Source of the DNA: Lytechinus pictus
Lineage: Eukaryota
Direction of reading: 5' to 3'
NCBI RefSeq assembly: GCF_037042905.1
Contig: NC_087245.1
Coordinates: 62,001 to 126,000 of the forward strand
DNA length: 64,000 nucleotides
The notes under the pieces are model-generated. The model had not been told where the DNA came from. It searched no databases and saw nothing but the letters and a program-made list of their open reading frames with translations. Both the position numbers and the translations under genes were made by a program. Shown in pieces: positions 35,831-48,393 of the stretch (its first letter is position 1; every line of letters starts with the position of its first letter).

Positions 35831-37746
35831 TTCATCAAACATTTCAAATCTATTCAATGTATTCTGGTAACTATAGTAATGGATCTTGGAATTTATATAA
35901 ATAATTCATACTTTGTAATTATTAGGTGTTTACTTATGTTGCTGGGACAGCAACCTTTTAGCAGGGGAGAATGTAACAGGTCAGAAAATATATGTACAAA
36001 AGAGAGAGAGATATTTTCTATGTGTATGTAAAACTGATCTGTTGAGAAGGTCCCTGAATGCATTGAAGCATTTGTATTGTCCCTGAAAGCATTGTATTGA
36101 AGTCATCCCTTTCAATCAGAAATACTTCTGAGGAGATCCCTTCATGGAAGTTCTCCTTGACCTTGGGTCAGTGAGGGTGATCTTGGGATAGCTTTCTTGA
36201 TAGCTTGCTTGACACATGACCAAACGAGAGGGACAGAGACTGACCACCCTCTTGCTTTGGTGAGGTCAAGATTTTAGTTCTATTTTTGATGATCTATTTG
36301 AAGGTGGTTTGATTGGTCTTCACACTGTCAAAAAGCTGTGTATGGGTGGTCGCACCCTTGATTCGTCGACGATGATATGTATGTGACTTTCAATCTGCAT
36401 GTAGTTTTGTCCTTGAGAACTCAAGAGGGTGTTGATCTACCCTCAAATTAAATGTCACATAAACTTGTATATGACTGTGTCATGCGTCATTTATACCTGC
36501 TGTCACATCTATTAATACCAATGTAAAGGGCATTGATAAAATAGACTTTCATATATATATATTTATATGGAGGAGCTTCGAATGTATTTGTATTTGATGT
36601 AATTTGGTAACAGTTAGTGGTGTACTAATTATCTTTTAATCTGTTTTAATTATGAACATGGTTTTCACTGCTAACTATTCTAAACATTTATCTTAAACAA
36701 GTGAGGCACTTGAGAATGAAAGAAATGATTAGATACAATGTAAATGATGATGAATCACATAAAACATTAATCTGTACACATTGGCAGTACAAGTCAGTAC
36801 TTGCGAGATCTGGATACGAACTGTGTCTGATTGAGACCGAGTAAGATATCTGAGACTAGGTTCAATCTTCTGGATGAATTCTTTTCGGTCAACTTGCTTA
36901 GGAGCCATAGCAAAATTAAGTCCCAATGAAAGGACCTGATGATCATTCTCAGGCAACTGACGTTGGCTGAGGTTGACAACAGTTTTGCTAGGATGCAAGT
37001 TGTGTCTAGACGGATCAGTTTCTCAAACTTCCTCACTTGTGTGGACTTAATTGTAATTAATTATAATTAAAATTTTGATTTGTAAGATGTGAGCAGTAAC
37101 CCTATACCGTCCTAAGGAAATTTCCATTTCAGAAAAAGTACACTTTTGTTTATAAAATGTTTTTAACACTTAAAAGGCAGAATTCAAGCTCTCAACATTT
37201 TTCACAATTCCAATGCACAAATTGTTTTGACCAGGTCACTCGCTGAGTATTAACTTTCAGGTCTCACACAACTGTCTAGAACAAATTTGTTGTAGACCTC
37301 TGACCTCAAATTGCTCAAAAACATGAATTCCTTTACAAATCCAATACAAATAGTGTTTTTAACGAAAATTCATAAATTTATCATTATTTTAATTTTCACT
37401 AAATACTAATAAATGCATTAGAAATTCAAGAAAATATATAATAGGCCTACACAGGAAATAAATTGCAATATTAATTTGTTAATTCTAAATATATACATTT
37501 GATTGGAGTCCTAAAATGAGTCGGTGAATAGAAACTTAGCAGTGTGGGGCTGTATTTAGTTAATTAGAACAAATCTTTTTATTTTCTGAATAAATGTGCA
37601 TAGTTCATTTTCAAACTAACTACGCAAATGTCATGGAACTAAATATTCAAATATACATGTAAGATATTGTGCACCCCTTATGGTTGGCTCAGAAAAGTGG
37701 AAAAGCGATAGACCATAAATATGATCCAAACAAAATGCAAACTTAC

Positions 37747-37804
37747 CCTGTTGGCTTGATATCTTAATCTCATCACTCGTAATCTATTCCTAGCCTCAGC
37801 AGCT
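37747..37804 (-). CDS. LKAAEAR1: LKAAEAR1-like exon 4 ((K)AAEARNRLRVMRLRYQANR)
   Basis: CTGCAG acceptor, GTAAGT donor, 58 nt phase 2-0. Completes the LKAAEAR motif with exon 3. Confidence 0.92.
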
Positions 37805-38418
37805 CTGCAGGGAAATAAACATACAGAATAAGATGAGTTTAGTCAATAAGTTGTGCCTATGGATTCATAGGTATAGGGAACAAATACAAGCCAATCACAA
37901 AAATAACAATGATATGATCATAAGGCAGACACATCCCCCCCCCCCACACGCACACAAAATCTTATGTTTGGCATTACATGTGTATTGTGCGTATATTGGG
38001 ACTTATTCTTTTCACATTGTATTTTTCTTCAAATTTCATGCTGTTTGCCCGAAAACACCAACTGTAAAATTTGAAAGACTTACATGTATGTATCATGGAA
38101 ATATATTTAATCTAAACAAACATAAATCATCCTATTATAAAAATTAGATTGAATTTTCTTAATACAGACTAAATCAACCCAACATGCATTCTAAAACAGC
38201 ATTCTGTCACAATTGCTTCGAATAAATGGTTGGATGATGAGGGACATATGGGATTATTGTATAAAATCATACTTTAAGAGAAAGAGAAGACCACCATTCA
38301 CAGAGAGGACGGAAGTGAGGAGAAATATAAAACAAAAAGCACATATCAAGTGGTTTGGGTTTTTGGGAAGAAACTATACACATTTAACATACTACATGCA
38401 ATAGGGATTAATACTTAC

Positions 38419-38570
38419 TTGAGTTGCCCTATTAATTGATTGTGTTTATCTTTCTCAATATCAACCTCATTTTCTCTCCTAGAATCTTCAAGATGTTTCT
38501 TGCTTTTATCCTGTACTCTCTTCTTGGAGCTTGCGATGGCTTCTGTTGCTTCTTTTGGTGGGTTTTCATA
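38419..38570 (-). CDS. LKAAEAR1: LKAAEAR1-like exon 3 (YENPPKEA...HNQLIGQL(K))
   Basis: TTTAG acceptor, GTAAGT donor, 152 nt open, phase 0-2. Confidence 0.92.
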
Positions 38571-38834
38571 CTAAATATTAAACAATCATAACATTTATTT
38601 ATCAAATCGATAAAGACAGTGGTTTAAAATATGATTTCCAATTTTAATATATTCATGCACCACAGTCTTAATTTATAATCATCAACTATCCATCCATGAT
38701 TTTACGTTGTCAACATTACTTGTACACACTGCATATTTGTTGGTGCCCATGTGTTTCTTCCATGTTCTCCGCTGAGGAAACCTTTTGAGGTTACTTGATT
38801 TGTCTCCTTGGGCAGATAAAAGTACATGATGTAT

Positions 38835-40735
38835 CCCGAGGGGGGGGGGGGGGACTTCTATTGACGAGTGGATACCATGCGCGACCATGGGGTCTCAAAA
38901 AGCACCCTAAACAAATTTTTTCCATAAAATGCACCCCTCAACAAGTATTGGCATGTGAAACCCAACCCTTAACAAGGATTGGAAACAAATCGATACTCTT
39001 GGCAAGTATTCCTTGAAGATCGAAAGCAGATCGTTGTTATAAATGGAGTTGAGTCTGATGCTTATCCTCTGGAGTGGGGGGTACCTCAAGGCTCTGTTAT
39101 GGGGCCCTTGGACTTCATTCTATATACTGGCCCTCTTTCCGACGTCATCGCTGCTCATGAAGGTATAAATCACGTGCTATATGCTTATGATACTCAACTC
39201 TATGTGGTCATTCATCGTGATGAGCTGACTGCTGGCATCTTATCTATGGAAAAATGTGTGAAAGACATCAAAGTCTGAGCTGGCAAGAATAAACTTCTGC
39301 TCAATGATGACAAGACTGAGATGGTTCACATTTCTTCACAATTTCGAAAGCGGAATGATCGTGCAGTCATCACTATTGATGGAGCTGTCATCAATCCTAC
39401 TGAATCAACCAGAGATCTTGGTGTCATAGTAGATGACGCATTAGACTTGAGGGAACATATTCGTAAGGTCTGCAGAGTGGCATCCTTTGGTATTTATAGA
39501 ATCGGCAAACTTAGAAAGTATTTGAACCAGAGTTCCACCGAGCGCCTTGTCAACGCATTTGTAACTTCACATTTGGATTATTGCAACAGCTTACTTGTCA
39601 GCCTACCTGCCTCCCATCTTACCCCTCTTCAACGAACTCAAAACACAGCTGCCCGTCTCGTCACTCGCACGTGAAAGCACGATCACATCACTCCTGTCTT
39701 GCAAACACTACATTGGTTAAATATCACTAACAGAATTCAATTCAAAATACTTCTTCTCACATACAAGGTAATTCATGACCTTGCTCCATCATACCTAATC
39801 AATCTTATCTCACAAAGATATCCTACCTCCATGTCTCTCCGCTCATCATCAAAACTGCAACTTGCACCTGGCCCTCGCACTTGTACCCGTTATGGTGATC
39901 GTGCTTTCTCGGTGTGTGCCCCTGCTCTCTGGAATAATCTCCCTGCCCACATTCAGAATTCTCCTACTGTCGATGTATTTAAAAATCGACTCAAAACCCA
40001 TCTTTTTAATCAACAAAACAAGTAAGCTGTTGCAATGACCAGTAATCTGTTATCTTTCTATTGATTTGTTCTTATATGATTGATATTTCATTACCTCTTC
40101 ATGTTTTACACTTATTGATTACCAGTTATCTGTTATTTTCTTTATATTCCATTTGTTGATTTGTTGTTTATATGATTGACATTAATTACTCCTTAAAATT
40201 GTACACTTATATTCATACTATATTCATTTCTATTTAAATTGATTATATTGTACTTGTTTTATTCACGTTCTGTTTAAATTGTAAAGCGCTTAGAAACTGT
40301 CTTGTATTAAGCGCTATATAAAAGCTCCATATTATTATCATTATTATTCCCTGAATTGAACCCCTAAACAAGTACATGTACAGCGATATTTTAATTGTTA
40401 TGTCACGGACGTCGGTCTTCGGTTTTACCTTTACCTACATCATTGGGTTTAGTACAGCCCCACCTCCCACATCTCGCGCAAATCGTACTCTAAACAAGTA
40501 CATCCTTTATAAAACATTTTAGTCTTAATTTTTTATACCCTCGTAAATTTGACCCTAAACACGTAGCTTTTCTAGCGAAATATAGATACCCTTTTTCATT
40601 ATTTTTGTGTTTTTGACACCCTTATTACGTTACGTACATAACATGCCCTATCTTGAAAAAGATATCCTTTTTACATGTTTTTTGGTCGTGCATGGAATCC
40701 ACTCGTCAATGTAAGTGCCCCCCCCCCCCCCCGGG
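38835..40735. mobile_element. CCCGGG-terminus element carrying a nested L2 LINE
   Basis: TIRs CCCG...ACTT..ATTGACGAGTGGAT.CCATGC. Flanks TGATGTAT/TGATGTAC (8-bp TSD, 1 mismatch). Confidence 0.8.
38985..40347 (+). mobile_element. 5'-truncated L2/CR1-clade LINE (RT C-terminus and 3' UTR)
   Basis: One frame with two stops: GVPQGSVMGP, YAYD (from YADD), HLDYCNSLL, LHWL..RIQFKILLL, GDRAFSVCAPALWNNLP. Tail AAGCGCTATATAAA...(ATT)n. Confidence 0.95.
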
Positions 40736-41116
40736 TGATGTACACGTAAATTCAGCATTCACTCAGGGAGTTTTTACACATCTTTACCTCGAGACCAAGC
40801 TGTGTGCCAAATTTCATGAAAATTGATATAAAACTGAGGAAGTAGTTTGAAACACAATATTTTAGCTAATTTTGCTATAATATACTGTTAACATGGCAAC
40901 ACAATTTTCAACACACATTTTTTGCATGTATGCAAAAAATGTGTCTTGCACATCTTTACCCCAACACCAATGTCTGTTCCAAATTTCATAAGAATTGGTT
41001 ACATATTGAGGAAGTGGATTGAAGCGCAAGATCTGCAATGGACTGACTGACAGACTGTAAGCTGATTCCTATATCATACATACTTTGGCATGGTATAAAA
41101 AAACAAAAAAACTCAC

Positions 41117-41233
41117 TGCTAAATATTTGCTCCTTTGTGTTGGATGCATTGCATTTAATTCCCGCTGACTGAGTTTCTTGCGGTTCTGATATTTGAATCC
41201 TCCACTCTTCATACTGATCCCATCATCCTTATC
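41117..41233 (-). CDS. LKAAEAR1: LKAAEAR1-like exon 2 (DKDDGISMKSGGFKYQNRKKLSQRELNAMHPTQRSKYLA)
   Basis: TTACAG acceptor, GTGAGT donor, 117 nt phase 0-0, in frame with exon 3. Confidence 0.88.
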
Positions 41234-41443
41234 CTGTAAGATGGTAAAACAAAATTCCATTTCTAAAATTATTGCTCTCTCATATTTTGATCAGAGGGAA
41301 AAAAATGATTATGATGCACTCTAAAATGAAAATTTCTATTTGCTTGAAGATTTTAGTGTCATAGCAAAATGATGAAAAACTAAAACTAAATCATAGGCAA
41401 GTACAACTAATACAAAACTGGTTAATACAGGGTACCCCAGACA

Positions 41444-41972
41444 TAGCCTGGAGGCTTCTGGGGAGTAAAAGTCATCTACTCTATATAGGCTTACTCCCCA
41501 TGAAGCCTGGGATGCTAAGGCATAGTCATGCACGTACGGCCACAAAACCTGAAATTTTTGCCCCCGAGATTTCTACTTTCCCTCTAAAAGATCTAGCCCT
41601 AAATCATGTACATGGGGTTCAAATCATGCAGTTTGCGTGCTGTCGCCAAGCGGAAGACAAAGAAATAAAGATGGCGACGTAAACATGGCCGTAAGCTCTT
41701 CCCATCTTATCATAACATTTTTCTTGTTAAATTTTTAATGAATTCTTCTTTAAAAATGAAATCGATATCGCAGAAATGTCGGAAATGAAGTTGAACCCCA
41801 TGTACATGATTTGGGGCTAGATCTTTGAGAGGGAAAGTAGAAATCTCGGGGGCGAAAGTTTCAGGTTTTGTGGCCGTACGTGCATGACTATGCCTTAGCG
41901 TCCCAGGCTTCATGGGGAGTAAGCCTACGTAGAGTACTAGATGACTTTTACTCCCCAGAAGCCTCCAGGCTA
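41444..41972. mobile_element. hAT-like MITE with ~175-bp TIRs
   Basis: TAGCCTGGAGGCTTCTGG...CCAGAAGCCTCCAGGCTA, exact 8-bp TSD CCCAGACA (41436-41443, 41973-41980). Confidence 0.92.
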
Positions 41973-42276
41973 CCCAGACAGGCACTGAGCAAAACCCTGA
42001 AAATTTCATCAAACTGAACAAAATTAGTGAATTCTAAATTTAACAATATTTTTGGAATATGCACGCCGTCATTAAGTCCAGGCATTAAGCTGGACGAAGG
42101 TGTCCACTTTCTTTTTCTCATTTCTAATATGAAAATCATAATTTATACAAGTGTGAGATAGTCTCTTGTAAAAAAACAAGTTGCGTCAATAAATTCTTGT
42201 GCATTCAATCAGTTGTCAATCCCTTTTTTTTTATTCTTAGTGGACAAAATTTGAATTTGAATATAATTTCATGTAT

Positions 42277-44811
42277 GGTCAATTCCAGCGTAACGGACAT
42301 GACGTTCAGACAAATTTTTGTAATTCAAAGGTAAATACAGTAGAATTAGCAGTCTTTTGATAATTGTTACTGAGCTTATCAGACACATTTAAGTATCAGT
42401 TACATACACATGAAATTTCAAATCGTTTCGTTGAACAGTTGCAGAGAAATTGCACTCTTTGTGAGCGTAACGGACATGACACGAAATGGACGAAGCATTT
42501 TTACCTCCTATTGCTTATCAAAATTCCTGTGAATTCTTAGATTGCATGCACCTGATGTTGGTGTTAATTTAACCTTAAGATCATGCTCTATCCATAAAAT
42601 GGTGTTTAACAACAGTTTTGCAGTGCATTCTGTATTCATAGCTCAAAATGTAGCGTAACGGACATGACAGTTTCGTCCACTTTTTGTAAGCGAATATAAT
42701 TATTAAATTACAAGATATGGTACAAGTCTAATTGTTTACATGTTAAGGCTAGAGGTTAGAGACACACATCATAACTGGTAATCTGTAATATCTCCTATTA
42801 TTTTGCAATTTGAGAGAGGGGCTTTTCGTACAATATTTATAAAACAAACAAATATTTAGAAAAATTTATTTTACACCAATTAACAATAGTTAATGAGTAT
42901 TTTCCAGTTACTACCATCCGCCGCACCAAACTAAAAGATAAAAAGTTGATAGTAAAGATTATTTTTTATTCATGGCTTACTATTTGACAATATACTTAGC
43001 GTAACGGACATGACACCCTTACGAAGTGAACTTCATCAGCACTTCTTAGTTTCAAAATGAAAGAAATATGAATGAATGAATGTAATTATGAAACAGCAAA
43101 GTACCTTTACTAACATTCTTAAGAAAAATATGTAGATATTATTGGCAGGTATTATTAATTTAATAGCTATAGCCTACATGATAATTTTATATAGAATACA
43201 ATGCTTAATAGTACCGCTACGGCACACTGAGAAGGCCAAATCTCATTTTTTGTGAGAAGAAAACAAAATGTACCAGACCTGCATAAATCCAAGATGAACA
43301 TATGAAATTTATTTTATGATAAAGAATATGAACTAGTATTAATGTCAGTTTTAAGATAAAAAATGATATTAAAAAGTATTTTAAAATTTAATAGCAATAC
43401 CTGGAAACCAGTCTTTCATTATCGATTATGTACATGTATGAGTTGAAAGGTAATCGGAATGTTTGTAAATCGCTTCTGAGATTTTTTTTCATTCAAAATA
43501 AATATCATCCGGAGTATAATCATCCTTTCATCAAATCTTGGATGTTCTAAATCTTACTATCTTGCTTGCTGACAAATGTGGCTGTATCTAATTATGTTGC
43601 ATTGACCATGCTACTTGTGTACAAATGAAGATACATCATTCAAATCGTGATTGTGGCTGACTAAAATACTATGACATAATTTATTGATAGTGCCACATTC
43701 CTTCCACAGCCCCTTTGCTTTGTGATATTGCAAAGAAGTTCCACTGTAGATTCATGGATTCATAGAGCTACATCATGTAACACAGATATCTGAATACGCA
43801 CTTGTTTTTAAATGTGAGCCCGTGCCATCACTGAAGAAGTTGAGGTTGGTGAAAGTCAGATACTTTGAAGCAATATCATCAATGATCTCATGAATTCACA
43901 AGTTGGAATTTTATCATACTCCAAACTGTCAGCGCAAACACCTAAGATAATCAATCGTATTGTTCAAACACAAATGATGCAGATTGTGATCTGAGTATGT
44001 TGCCAGATCTAGCTGCATCTTATGCTAATATTATGTGGCATATCATTAATTCTCAGAAAAATATACCAGAACAAGAGCTGAACTTTCATCATTCACCAAC
44101 TTCTAAAAATAGCTTGAATGACATGCAGATTCTAGGAGTTATTACATCCAGCTATCCTCAAGCAATTGAGACTGACCTCAGTCTGTGACACTGAGCCTAA
44201 TATTTTGTTTTTGTGAATGCTACCTTTTGTCATATATAAGGCGTCATGTCCGTTACGCGAATTGTCATGTCCGTTACGCCATTTTTATGAAAATGAGAAG
44301 TGGTAAGGGAAAATGATTGCTACACATGGTAGGGGGTTTAATTCTAACATAGAATCTGAATCTGCAGTACCTTCAGACAAATTTCCTGTAAACTGTGAAA
44401 ACTTTAAGTGAAAAACGTAACTGACATGACACTGAAAATGATAAAGAAATCACACAAATCTCAAGATTGATTTCTTTAAAATTGATGAATGGCATAAAAT
44501 TTAATGGTGATTTTCTATTGATGTAAACATTAATCAACTATTCAAAAGTTAAAAGAGACCTCTGGGACCTTATTTGCTTTTAGTAGAGACAGGAAAGATG
44601 AATTGTTTAAAAATAGCCACATTTTTTAGATTTTGCAAGTTACTATTCAATTTTTTTGATGATGGAAAAAAATACAAAATTTTATCAATATTGCAATTTT
44701 TTTATTGGAAATTGAAACTTTATAGATTACTTTTTAAGAAAATTTGACTGCTTAAGTGAAATCTGAAACTTCATTTTTTCTCTAAAGTGAACATTTTCCA
44801 TGGAATTGCCC
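42277..44811 (-). mobile_element. Sola2-like DNA transposon with decayed transposase
   Basis: TIRs GG(T/G)CAATTCCA, flanks GTAT/GTAA, subterminal GCGTAACGGACATGAC repeats in both orientations. Minus-strand remnant at about 43400-44150 reads FFSDGTGS..FKNK...WNFFAISQSKGAVEG. Confidence 0.7.
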
Positions 44812-45409
44812 GTAAAAAAATAAAAAAAAGAATAGGCCTAATAATTAGGGATATGAGTTTTATGACATCATGAGGTTGCTCATTGCATACTTATGAGGAT
44901 ATACTGTACAAAGAACACTCACAGTTTTTGTAGATCTAGAACTAAACTGATAAATTCGCTGTTTCTTCAGAGTTTTTCAACATTCCAGAGAAAGTCTCAG
45001 CGGAGCATATCCCTGGCCCTGACAGAAATAGACTTATTTATCGGTCTAATCTAGAAGTACCTAATGCAAAATTGTCATTTTTTGTTCATCAATTTACTTG
45101 ATCGATCTGTATACATTAAACCATATTATTTTCATAATTTCATCATGGAGTAGACTACAAACATGTACATGTAAGTTAGTCATGTAGGTCTATCCTCTTT
45201 TAATCAAACAATAACAAAATCATTTAATTAAACAAACAATAAACTGATAAACATATTTTCTTTTCAGTTACGGTTGTAACTTTCAAATCGATGATGACAA
45301 CGTTTAGATCTAGACTCCTTCTTAAAGTTGAAGTTCAAGTAGGCCTAAGTTAGATCTAAGTTAGTAATTTTTACTAGATCTATAAACGTTAGTACTAGTA
45401 GTCATGGTA

Positions 45410-46075
45410 GTACTTACCTCAAGCGAAGTTCCTGCAGGCTCCACTCCACTTCACTACCGCTACACTACGTTCCACCTAACCGAACTTCGAGACCATGAAC
45501 TCTATCTGATATTCCGAGTGGCAAAGGTGGGATTTTATGGGGGAAAAAAAAAATCCTTGCAACATCACAATCTTTAAAAACAATTAAAACTAATATTCTT
45601 ACTTTACACAAAGTTTCACTTCTTTTCCAAGCTTCTATTAGTCTCAAAATTGGTGATTTAGAGCCAACATGAAGTTCCTCGCACATATAAATAATTCACT
45701 CCCGTATCGCATGCGATATGTGCGAGGTACCGGGTCCGGTCCGAGCTCGGACCCTCGCGCGCGCATGCGATGTTTTGAAATCGGCAGCGGATTATTTATA
45801 CGTGTGAGGAACTTCATGTTGGCTCTAAATCACCAATTTTGAGACTGATAGAAGCATGGAAAAGAAGTGAAACTTTGTGTAAAATAAGAATATTAGTTTT
45901 AATTGTTTTTAAAAATTGTGATGTTGCATGAATTTTATATTTTCCCCCAATAAAATCCCACCTTTGTCACTCGGAATATCAGATAGAGTTCATGGTCTCG
46001 AAGTTCGGGTAGGTGGAGAGTAGTGTAGCGGTAGTGGAGTGGAGCCTGCACGAACCTCGCTCGAGGTAGGTAGTA
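45410..46075. repeat. Foldback palindrome (~290-bp arms, CpG-rich core)
   Basis: TACCTCAAGCGAAGTT...GTTCCTCGCACATATAAATAAT is mirrored by ATTATTTATACGTGTGAGGAAC...CGCTCGAGGTA. Confidence 0.9.
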
Positions 46076-46089
46076 CTACTACTATGGTA

Positions 46090-46515
46090 GTGGATCATAT
46101 TACCGAACACTTTTCATGAATTCAATCATATCAAACACATTATTCTCATAAAATTCACCAAACTTTCACCATAAATACACAATTACCTACAAAATATAAA
46201 TATGTAAAAATTTTGCCGAAATCGTTTTTCCTTTTTACGATATTAGCTTCCAATTGGACCCCTCTTTGCATGTGAAATATTTGGGTCACTTGAAAAAGGT
46301 ATCGTACAACCGAAGTTGAGAAAACAACAAAATCACTGATGAGCTATTTTGACCATATTTTATTATTTTTATAATTAAGACTTTGAAAATGTGTTTCTTT
46401 TACCATTTTTCATCATCTTTCTATTCAAGTTCTCTTTGGAAGGATGTTGCAAAATTTTGAGCGTATGAAATTATTTTCTGATGCGTATGATGCGCGCGTT
46501 CGGTAATACAATCAC
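46090..46515. mobile_element. MITE-like element
   Basis: GATCATATTACCGAAC ... GTTCGGTAATACAATC imperfect TIRs. Confidence 0.5.
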
Positions 46516-46548
46516 TCACTATACTACTACCATTACTGTAGTATGGTA

Positions 46549-46845
46549 GGGGGTCCTAAACTAAAGCTACGCACCACTCATCGCGCATGCAGTTTTTATG
46601 GCAAATGCGCACTCTGTGTGTGGAACTGTGACTGCAGAGTGACGAACGATTCCTTTTCAATTTTTTCTACAGAGGCTGCAGTAAATCTCTAAATGCAGAG
46701 AAAACTCAACAACTGTTTGGAATTTTGGAGTTATATTCGCTTTAATTTCATTTTATCCTATAATAATTTGAATATATTTTAGAAATTGAGGCACAGGAAA
46801 TACTATTTTTTTGCATGATAAATCGAGTGCGTAGCTTTAGGACCC
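46549..46845. mobile_element. MITE-like element, GGGGTCCTAAAGCTACGCAC termini
   Basis: Inverted termini at 46549 and 46845. A further right-end copy lies at about 53559-53574. Confidence 0.55.
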
Positions 46846-48393
46846 CTTCTACATCAGGCGGCGAAATCAAGAGGTGTTCGGAAAACACGGCGGGATTTTC
46901 GTATTATTGAGTTTTGCGATATTTTCTTCTTGGTTAACGATCTTTAGAATGTTTGCCACAAATTAGTGAAAGATAATTTGTTGAAATATTAAAATTGGGA
47001 TATTTTTTGTTTGAAAACAAAGTGCAGGCCAAATTCGCTATTGTGCCCAAGCGCCATTAAAACTGCTCAGCCCAGTGAAAATTCTTATCGCTAGACGTGC
47101 GTAAGAGCATGTGCGACCGGTGTCACACATGACCGCACAATAACAAAGCTCAGTCAGCGGGATATCGGCGTTCAGTGAAGTGGCGTGTTAATGGGTATTT
47201 CAGCTGTGCGAGAGAGGGGCGGGGATTAGGGATTGGGGGGGGGGGTGAAGGGGCACTAAAATATATGAAATCGGCGGGTTTTCAATAAAATACTATGTGC
47301 ATCGTATTTTCGTTTTCTTTTTGTGTTTTCTGTATGATACATGGTGGGTGGATTTATTCCTCATTCATTCATTCCATCCAATTTATTCATCATACTGTAC
47401 ATTTCATTTCATATCATATTACATAACACTGTTTTACTAACCTTATTTTTTCTGTCCTTGATGAGAATCGAACTCGAACCTTTTGATCTGCAGTCCAGCA
47501 TCGTAGTCAGCACGCCACATGAGATGAGCTGACAGCCGAAACTGGTTTAGCGCTCAAGTCGTACGGAGGTTTCCCCGGCGGCAGTTAGCAGGCCAGGGAA
47601 TCAACGATCCGTGATTTAATTAATTAGAAAATATATATATTTAAGGGGCCTATTTAAGGATCCAGGGGCTATAGATAATGGTACCAATAATTCCAAACAG
47701 GATTTTGTTATTTTTTTCACTTCGTTTATATTATCGCTATGTATTTTAACACGATGTGCGTTTACTATTGAGTATATTGAGTCACCTGAAATAACACCCG
47801 GAACTTTTCTCTGTTTAGGCAACAGGGGGCCTAAACATGGAACAAAAAACTCACGCAACTAGTTTGCACTTGATGTTCGTAGTCGGCGTGTAGGCCTAAA
47901 ACTTTATTTTAACATATATATAGCTTCCTTTTTTTCATTCTAAACTCCCAAGTTATCCCCTCTACAGCAAACATCATGTCGCTATCGGTCCGCCAATGTA
48001 CGATCTTCTCTGATATTTTCAAATAAATGTGGCATTTTGGTAGGCACGGCAAAATTGAAAAAAAAAGTATGCACAAGAAATTGTAAATAATTTCATATAC
48101 TCACTTTTGCGTTATCCTTCTTGGTTATATATAAATGCCCCGTTATATTGAATTTTAACCTCCTTCACTCCTTCCGCCAAAATATTCCAAGTCAACAAAT
48201 TTCCTCATTTTTTTTTCGCCCGGCAAGCTCATCAATCATCTCTCTCATTAAACCTTTCTTTCTTCACTCTAATCCTCACTCTAATCCTCTGCGAAAAGTT
48301 GCGCCCTCCATGTCAATCGTGCCCCACTGACATCAAGATGTGTCTTGCCGCATCTCGCACATAATGCATAAACTTTTATGCATGATTTTATAT

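Larger units (their letters stand above)
29517..36507 (+). mobile_element. Decayed Gypsy/Ty3 LTR retrotransposon
   Basis: PPT AGCAGGGGAGAA precedes the 3' LTR TGTAAC...GTCACA (35972-36507). Deleted 5' LTR remnant from 29517. 4-bp TSD TCTA (29513-29516, 36508-36511). Confidence 0.9.
28155..37046 (-). mobile_element. Penelope-like retroelement, split by nested insertions
   Basis: GIY-YIG endonuclease remnant (GVYRNPCECGKVYIGETGR) at about 28578-29110. N-terminal remnant (VVNLSQRQL...VLSLGLNFAMAP) at about 36790-37036. Flanked by a 13-bp direct repeat TTAATTGTAATTA (28142-28154, 37047-37059). Confidence 0.75.

Noticed and set aside
27455..37700. piggyBac-like outer shell around the nested cluster
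   Set aside because: The left end TTAA-CCCTTTGAACCCC is clear, but the right end is too degenerate and lacks TTAA.
45411..45480. GAG|GTAAGT donor as a possible LKAAEAR1 exon
   Set aside because: It lies at the end of a palindromic repeat family. The MGEK exon at 54183-54194 is a better first exon.
47460..47522. tRNA-like sequences here and at about 21855-21920
   Set aside because: Only B-box-like remnants with no cloverleaf. They are repeat-internal or SINE-derived.
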